A DNA stretch of 64,000 bases, taken from the NCBI GenBank assembly GCA_951406725.2, contig OX597817.1:65534001-65598000 (forward strand), in the 5' to 3' direction. Source of the stretch: Octopus vulgaris (lineage: Eukaryota). A program made the translations under genes and the position numbers. This document shows, in pieces, positions 56,620 to 64,000 of the stretch (positions within the stretch are counted from its first letter, which is position 1; the number at the start of each line of letters is the position of its first letter). The notes under the pieces are model-generated. The model did not search any database, had not been told where the DNA came from, and saw nothing but the letters and a program-made list of their open reading frames with translations.

Positions 56620-58860
56620 GCTTTGCGTCCACCTCGGCAGATGTCCGGAGAAAGGGTAGAAAGTTTGAAGGAAATTCAAAATGGCTTCTAGGTATTCAGA
56701 CCTTTATTGGTCTGCAGCAGTGACACGGTTGTAATACTATCAAAGCAACATCGGTTATTTTCTTTATTTTTATGTCCACGTATTGCGGATAAGAAGGTCG
56801 GGTGTTGCATCTCTTTAACTGTAATATAGTATACGTAAGGACATCAGTTTCTTAAAATGGATACCGTACATGGTAGAATGGGAAAAATCAATCATCATTT
56901 TACGAAATTTGAATGCATTAGCGATAACAGATATTGCATGCAGGCACGTTACTAACGTGAGTAAGCTGCAGTCTATATACCAGGGAGCATATGTCCTGAC
57001 TTTGTGTGAGGATCGGCTAGACTTTGGCTAGTATATCCGGGATATCGGTGGTCATTTAGCAACAGGATGTCCTTGTTGATTGATACTATGTGTTGGCTGA
57101 GTAGGTGCAGTTTTCTGTAGAGGCAGAGTGGGTAGTTACGAGTTCCAGGTGAGTAAGAAGGGGCTCTGTCAAAGGATATTCCATTTGACATTAGGGAAGT
57201 CATCTCGATAATCCGGGAGTCTTCAAATGACGCAGAACAGCGAGGTGAAATTTTCCTTATTCCTACATGTTTTGTATATATCTTCCATTAGAGTCATTAG
57301 CTGTCGTGCCCGTACAACGTCTCGTGATGCCATCTGCTGGTAGACTACAGCCTTTGAGAAACAGGATCCACCCCCCGTGAGATGTTGATAGGATTTCAAC
57401 AGTTACAGTTTGGAATAGAGACCGTGTATGTGTGATTATTAACGTGCAGTGTTTGCAGCGATATCATTTCAACATGAGTAGCTAACCATGACGTTATGAA
57501 GGTTGAAAGGTTTATGATATGTTTGGGTCTTTGGAATATGCTTTTCAGTTAGCGTCAGGAAGCTCCTAGTTAGGTTGACTAGAGGACTGAACCAGATTAG
57601 TTTTCTATTTCTAAATCTTTAGCTTGGAGTTGGGGGAGGGTTCTCTATATATGCTAACTTGTTGGTAAATTCACTCCTTGCTAATGACTCGTATTGTGAG
57701 TTGCTGATCTATCGAACATCTCTCCGTCTGCTGAAGGATAAATTCTACAGATGCTTGTAGCTAGATTTCTAATGACAGCTGGAGGTGGTTGGAGTAACTG
57801 AGGATATAGTTTTCTCATTGAATTTTCTGAAGAGATTGTTTTACTTACCCCGAAGTCTATGGTTATGCACAGAAAGTCGACTTTTATCTAGATTGTGGTA
57901 ACTTTTATAGTTAGGCCGAATTCTTTGAAGATCTTTATTATATTCTTCCTGAACTTATTCATGGCGTGGCCGTTCGTAGGGCTTGAGAACAATGAGGATG
58001 TGTGTATTTCTTTCAGATATCCAGTATAAATAATCTATCGGGGTCAGCGGCCGTTTTCGTTTCCTATGGCTACGCCGAGCAGTAAGTCGCCTTCCATTTT
58101 TTGCCCAGTAGGATTCATCGTGAAACAAGATTGTCTTTCTAACGTTCATGGTGATTCTGACATAGAGATGGATTGTCTACCAAAATCTAGGACCTTCAGG
58201 AAGAAGGATTTCAAAATTAATTGGTAGACACATATAATATCGAACTGAATGAACTTGCAGGCTGCGTTGTTTTCAATGTCGCAGAACTAGTCAATTACTG
58301 CAACGCTGCAGTCTCATTGGTTTAACAGTCTAGTCCTTCTAATATTAGAGCTGATGGTATCAACAATACTCATACTTACAATGCTTGCCTCTCCCTGAGG
58401 TTGGGTTGATCATCCAATATTGATGATACAAAAGGAAGCTGAGTTTATGGGCTGTAAGCTTGATACAGGTAGTTACACAATCCAGAAGGGTGGCTAGCTC
58501 TTTCACTTCATTGTTTAAGTCGTTGTACGCAGAGATTTTTCTTATATGTTTCGGAAATGGTGTTCGTAGAAAGTTTTATATGCGTGGAATTCCACGTCTT
58601 TTACCTGGGGCTGGAGGATATTCTCGTGATTTGAAGCTGAATTTATCTACAGATATGCTGGCAGTCAGATCTTTCCAGGGCGCTTGATTACGCTTCCCAG
58701 TTTTCTCGATTAGCCTGTTAAATAAAGCTTCTTTAGTGGTGTTTGAGAAAACCTTTTCAATATTCGTTGAGAGGCAATCAAATACCACAAGTGGAACTGT
58801 TTTTTAAAAGTCGAGGGAACTATTTAAAAGGCGACAAGTTTGATTAAACTGTAAGTAATA
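56620..58860 (-). pseudogene. Very decayed Penelope-like element ORF (RT plus GIY-YIG)
   Basis: VVFDCLSTNI (SFDV.SLFTNI-like), DKFSFKSREYPPAPGKRRG (F.F....Y.Q..G.AMG-like), KRPLTPIDYLYWIS (RKPT.T..YL.W.S-like) and VVYQ near 57350, in the expected order. Confidence 0.5.
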
Positions 58861-59663
58861 ATACTCTAAAGTCGACGTTTTTCTCCACCGTTGTCGAAAT
58901 ACTTCCCTACATAAAAGTTAGATAAGGGTTGTAACAGTAGTTTCATGTTGCTCATGAAGACATCTACCTCAGCTTCCTAATTTATCTCAAGTCGGACCCA
59001 ATTATCTTAAAAATGCACTCCCTGACATGCAAGAAAACAGGATGATCACGGCTGGAACGCCTCGTTGGTTGGTCTGATTGTATCTTGGCTGACTTACAGT
59101 TAAAGCACAATAATGGCTGAAAATATCTATGTTAATAGTTATGCCTGTTAATAGCTGTAAACCTTGAGACGGGCAAGCAAAAAGACAGGGAAAGGTGACT
59201 CAAGTGTGTGTGTGTGGGGGGGGGGCTTGAAGGCGCTACACTCCGATCGATATTCTGATTATATTATTTAATATATTATCGACTTTTCATGTCTAGACCC
59301 CGATATTAGCCGAGCAATCATTTCACTGCACTTTATACGACATCCAACCACCCTACTACATTGATAATGTCAGACATAACAAGTGATCTATTTCTAGAAA
59401 ACACATTCACTACTCCCTTCCTTCCTCTTTCTGTCTCCTTTTCTCTCTCCCCCTCTTTCTCTTTCTCTCAAACTCATACACTTCGTCCACTCGGTCATTA
59501 CCGAGCTCCTGGTTAATGACAAGCATACACACACCACAGACAGACACTTTCACCTCCACTCACTAACACGCGCTCTCCCGGCCGAAGCCTTTCTTTCATA
59601 CACAGGCAGATACGTACAAACGTCTATAAAGGCATTTATATGTAGATATATGCGCGTAAGCAC

Positions 59664-59708
<45 letters not shown>

Positions 59709-59811
59709 GACAGACAGACAGACAGAGCGGGGATAGATACGAGGGGAGAGAGAGCGAGTCTCCGGGGCTACTAAAGCCGCTACCCTGAGCTTCATCAATT
59801 GGTTATATAAT

Positions 59812-59930
59812 ATAGGGTGTTCATAAATTATCTTTACAACTTCCCCTATTTATATTCTAGATGTATTGTATACAAGCAAGGAAGGCCATGTGGAAGTATT
59901 CTGGTGTTTCTCATGGAACTTTCTTCGTTC
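59812..59930 (+). mobile_element. Tc1/mariner-type terminus fragment
   Basis: ta-tagggtgttcataaattatctttacaac resembles the CAGGGTGT TIR start seen at 52930. Confidence 0.4.
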
Positions 59931-59958
59931 CTCTTTTATCTCTTTTACTTGTCAGTGA

Positions 59959-60039
<81 letters not shown>

Positions 60040-60103
60040 CAACAACAACAGCAACATCGAAAAATACCTTAGGAATGAGAACCCAGGTTCGAAATTTCCT
60101 CAA

Positions 60104-60149
60104 GGCACCTGATGAAGGCAGGAGGGTATATCAGCCGAAACGTTGTGTT
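60104..60149 (+). ncRNA. Minimal hammerhead ribozyme, canonical core (within a ~60052-60237 element following (AAT)n)
   Basis: ggcac CTGATGA A GGCagg agggtata tcaGCC GAA ACGT T gtgtt. Confidence 0.75.
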
Positions 60150-61929
60150 AACAACAAACAAGATGAGGACAAATATCCATCAATTGTAAACAATGTAAAT
60201 AATGTACATAATTCCTCATCTCTTAAACATAGAACTATTTTATATGAATTGCTGGATGAGAGTTCAAAATTTAAAAATTCAGGGGTAAATAAATTTGGTA
60301 AAAATAATTAAATAAGCTAAATATACAGATTCGGGTAAAGGACATCATCTACAGCCGTTTCAGGGGCACATTAAATGTACAAATGGTGTTTTAAGTATTC
60401 CATATACAAAAACATAATGCCCCACCGCCACCATCACCATCACATCAGGATGGTTTCCTTCGTGATGAAATTCTACATGATGATAATTTGATAGAAGCCC
60501 TTACCTTGGATTTTTGCCTGTTTATTTGTTACTTCTCCATTCGGTACCTGAACCCACCGTACATGATACATAGATTTTACATATAACTTTTACATGTAAT
60601 TTTATTCACTTATTTATATAAATTTATATGTATATTTATTTCGTTGTGTGCTTTAAATTTTACTTTGGAATTTGTATTGATTGCCTAGATGTGTTCCTTC
60701 TATAATTTCTCTTATCCTTATATGTACAAATATATATGCATGTGCGCTGGTATGTACGTACGTACATACATACATACATACATACATACATACATACATA
60801 CATACATACATACATACATACATACATACATACATACATACATACATGTACATGAATGCTTTATATCATATAACTTAGGCTCAGTACATCTCACACAATT
60901 CTCTCTCTCTCCCTACACGTACAATATCTTCATTTCCCCCAATCCCTCTCATCGCACATTTCCAGTTATTTCCTTTCCCTCTCAATACTTTCCATACACG
61001 CGCAATATACGACAACATAACACACAAACGGACCAATGAGGCTAGCCAGTCCTGATTTCATTGACCGAACTCCTTACTTGCTTTAAATATAACTTGATTA
61101 TTGCATCTCCAGCAACACAGAATGTTGGTAGAGGTGACAACTACAGGATATATTTAATCAACAGTGAAAATAGCACTATAATTATTTCTCTTGAACATTT
61201 ATATTATTAGAGGTTGAATAGTAAACATCAGACCTATAAATAACTGTGTGATATTGAGGGCAGCGGCCCTTTATTGTGTGTTCAACATTGCATTTCCACC
61301 TTCCGGGGCTATTAAAATAAAGTAATATAAAGTACTTACTCAAGTTCAAATCCCGCTTTGATCAACTTGGCTTTTCAAAATTCTTGGGTCAAAAATTGTA
61401 TTAATCTCGGTTTGATTTCATATTCATCTATGGTTAAAATTGCAGCATTTTAACCTTCTGGTAACATAAAGAACCAAATTTATTTTATTGACTTCAGCAG
61501 TTTGTAAGGTTTACCACAGGGGAATTTGAACATAGAAGTACTACCCAAGCTCCGAGTTCAAATTTCGCTGATGTACTCTACTTTTTATACTTCTAGGGTC
61601 AATAAAATTATTAGTCACGTTCTGAGTTAAAATCTTGTGATCAACTTTGCATTTCAAACTTCTGTTATATTGGTCATTAAAATAAAGGATCAGTCAAGTA
61701 TTTCGTTGATATAATTTGATTAGATACCAAACCCCTCCCCGAATAACCATAGTATGTCTTCGTTAGAAATCTTTTCTGTTAAAGGAAGTGAATAACATAC
61801 GTTAGAGCGCTGAACAAAATATTTTGCCTCTATATTTTCTGTTCAAATCCGACCACAAATAATTATTTATGTTCAACTGATTTTGTTACAAATATTTACC
61901 AATAATTCCAGCTTTAGCTTTCCACTTGC

Positions 61930-62160
61930 TTAAAAGACTCCGCCGGTTACGACGACGAGGGTCCCAGCTGATACGATCAACGGAACAGCTTGCTCGTGAA
62001 ATTAACGTGCAAATGGCTGAGCATTCCACAGACACGTGTACCCATAACGTAGTTCTCGGGAGTGTCTTGCTCAAGGACACAACGCGTCGCCGGGAATCGA
62101 ACTCACAACCTTACGATCATGAGCCGAATGCCCTAACCACTAAACCACGCGCCCTCACTG
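61930..62160 (-). mobile_element. SINE family D with internal deletion
   Basis: Reverse complement of 55060-55157 joined to 55255-55380. Confidence 0.85.
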
Positions 62161-62779
62161 CTTTCCACTTGCTAACTATGATATTGCTACAGGTAACCAC
62201 CAAGTTGTGACAGAAAAACAGGTTCACCGGAGTGACTCGAACCACATAACGACTACTTGTCGGGCAACTGCTATCTAAATCATACTTCATATCGTAAGTT
62301 TTGCAGTTGATTGCATTTAATTGCATACTGGATTGCACACCGGAAAATTGCATAACTTTCAAAAAATTAAAAATAAAACGAACAGTTTACCATGAAATGT
62401 ATATAAAATTGATCAGTTACATTGAATATGCAAATAATGCTAATTTTGGTTAATTGCATAATATTTTTTCCCGACTTTTAGGTTAAAAGTAGTAAAATTA
62501 AGCATAAAATTGAACATGTGATTCGATAATAAAGTGATTCCTAGAAATTCCGTTTTCATGATGACTAAAAAAGGTGACAGTATTTCATGTTTGTAAAAAG
62601 TTCTAAATTGAAACTATGAGAGTTCGAATTGTTGTGTGACTTTATTTTTTATTGTCCACTAAAAAACTTAAATGAAAAAAAAACTTCATTGTAGATAAAA
62701 TTTCTAGAAAGATAATTTTAAATTGTTTTGAATAAATAGTGAATAGGATGTAATTTATTAATTAATTACTTTTTTTCAT

Positions 62780-63018
62780 TATCGACAATATTGATATTTT
62801 GCTACCGATCCGGATAAAATCACTCTTGATTCTATGATACAAACTTCATGTTTTAAAGTGATATAAATTAGAACTTCCCATCAAAGTTTAAGGTTAATTT
62901 ATCATCTAAACAGCAAGTAAATTATGATTAAGTTAATTTACTAAACTTTTTATACTTTCAAATTTAATTGAAACAAAGACAGCGTGTTTCAACAGAAATA
63001 CGTTAATTAAATGGTTAA
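62780..63018. mobile_element. Possible piggyBac-type MITE end
   Basis: ...gtgtttcaacagaaatacgttaattaaatggTTAA, a degenerate GGG-TTAA-like terminus. Partner end not found. Confidence 0.3.
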
Positions 63019-64000
63019 GCTGCGGCCGGTCCACTTTATTTTATCTTAATCTGCATGAGCTTTATTATTTATCGTTGATTAATTCAAAGTGTGTAAAAGC
63101 CATTTTCTGATTAAACAAGAATAATATCAAATGTATAAAAGTTGAGTTCAACGAATGTTATATCGATACAAACCTATAATATTTAGATTAGATCGAGCAA
63201 ATCTATCCTTTCTAGGTACGAATAATACACCCATAATACCTTTCTATAGACCTAATGTCATATTACTATTGAATATCTTATAATTTATTGCCTTCTAGAC
63301 GAATTCAATTAATTACATATTCCAGTTAATTACATTAGAATATCAGTTAGCGAAATTTTTATAGTTATAGTTAAGCAGAATCAATTGTAATGTTCTAGAA
63401 CGAGTTTTGTCTCATATTTTCATAAATTTCAGTTTCCTATTATCAAAATTATTATTTCTTTTATAGGAACGTTCCTATTCAAAACTACTTCTAATATTCT
63501 CATCTTTTGGTGGAAATATTTTTTTCTCTCGATATTATATCGTCTGAGTGTTTTCCTGAATATATTATATATGAGAATTCGTTTTCAAAACTAGATTTCA
63601 TATCAAAAATCACCATCACCATATTTTAACAGCTTTTCTTGTATTTTCGCGGAAGTTTTAATGCCTTTGTTCGATTGCGTCTATAAAGTTATATTCTAGT
63701 TCTTCAAAAACTGTTAATTACGATGTCCGACTTTTAGCTATAATTTTCTTAGCTGTTCGAACGATTATTTCAGATAAGACTAATGAATCATCATTCTCAG
63801 TGAATGTACAATTTGTCTCCAGAATTCATCTAATATTCGCGACAGATTTCTCCTGAATAAATAAGTTACTATACCTTGGTATAAAACGATATATACTATT
63901 TTTTAGACAAGCTAGATGCAAATGTAAATAAGATAGTTGATCATGTTTTCATAGCTTTTTACTTTGATTGTTTGGTTTGCTTTTGCTTTACACGTCTTTC

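Noticed and set aside
59560-59812. Possible promoter (GC-richer patch, ATTGG plus TATA-like)
   Set aside because: These short motifs are common by chance, and the TATA-like run abuts a transposon terminus.

Overview
AT-rich eukaryotic intronic or intergenic DNA, dense in microsatellites ((TA)n, (CA)n, (ATGT)n, (TATC)n, (TAT)n, (CTT)n) and decayed transposons. The repeat content resembles coleoid cephalopod (Octopus-like) genomes; this is an inference. I found no intact protein-coding gene. Nearly all ORF-track entries are microsatellite translations, and there is one weak candidate host exon (minus strand, ~47.6-47.9 kb). Recognisable remnants are at least four tRNA-derived SINE families, non-autonomous Helitrons, Tigger/pogo, Chapaev3-like and several Tc1/mariner transposases, R4/Dong-, HERO-, CR1-, L1/Tx1-, RTE- and Penelope-like retroelements, and MITE/foldback elements. 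The main unexplained signal is a set of about ten minimal type I hammerhead-ribozyme (HHR)-like motifs in short non-coding elements that often abut (TA)n and often have fold-back structure. Across these unrelated families the core 3-8 pair covaries (C3-G8, U3-A8, G3-C8). One element (36257-36613) has a target-site duplication, a 147-bp snap-back hairpin and a junction suggesting a tandem or circular RNA template. All alignments and folds were done by eye, and element boundaries are approximate unless a terminal motif is quoted.
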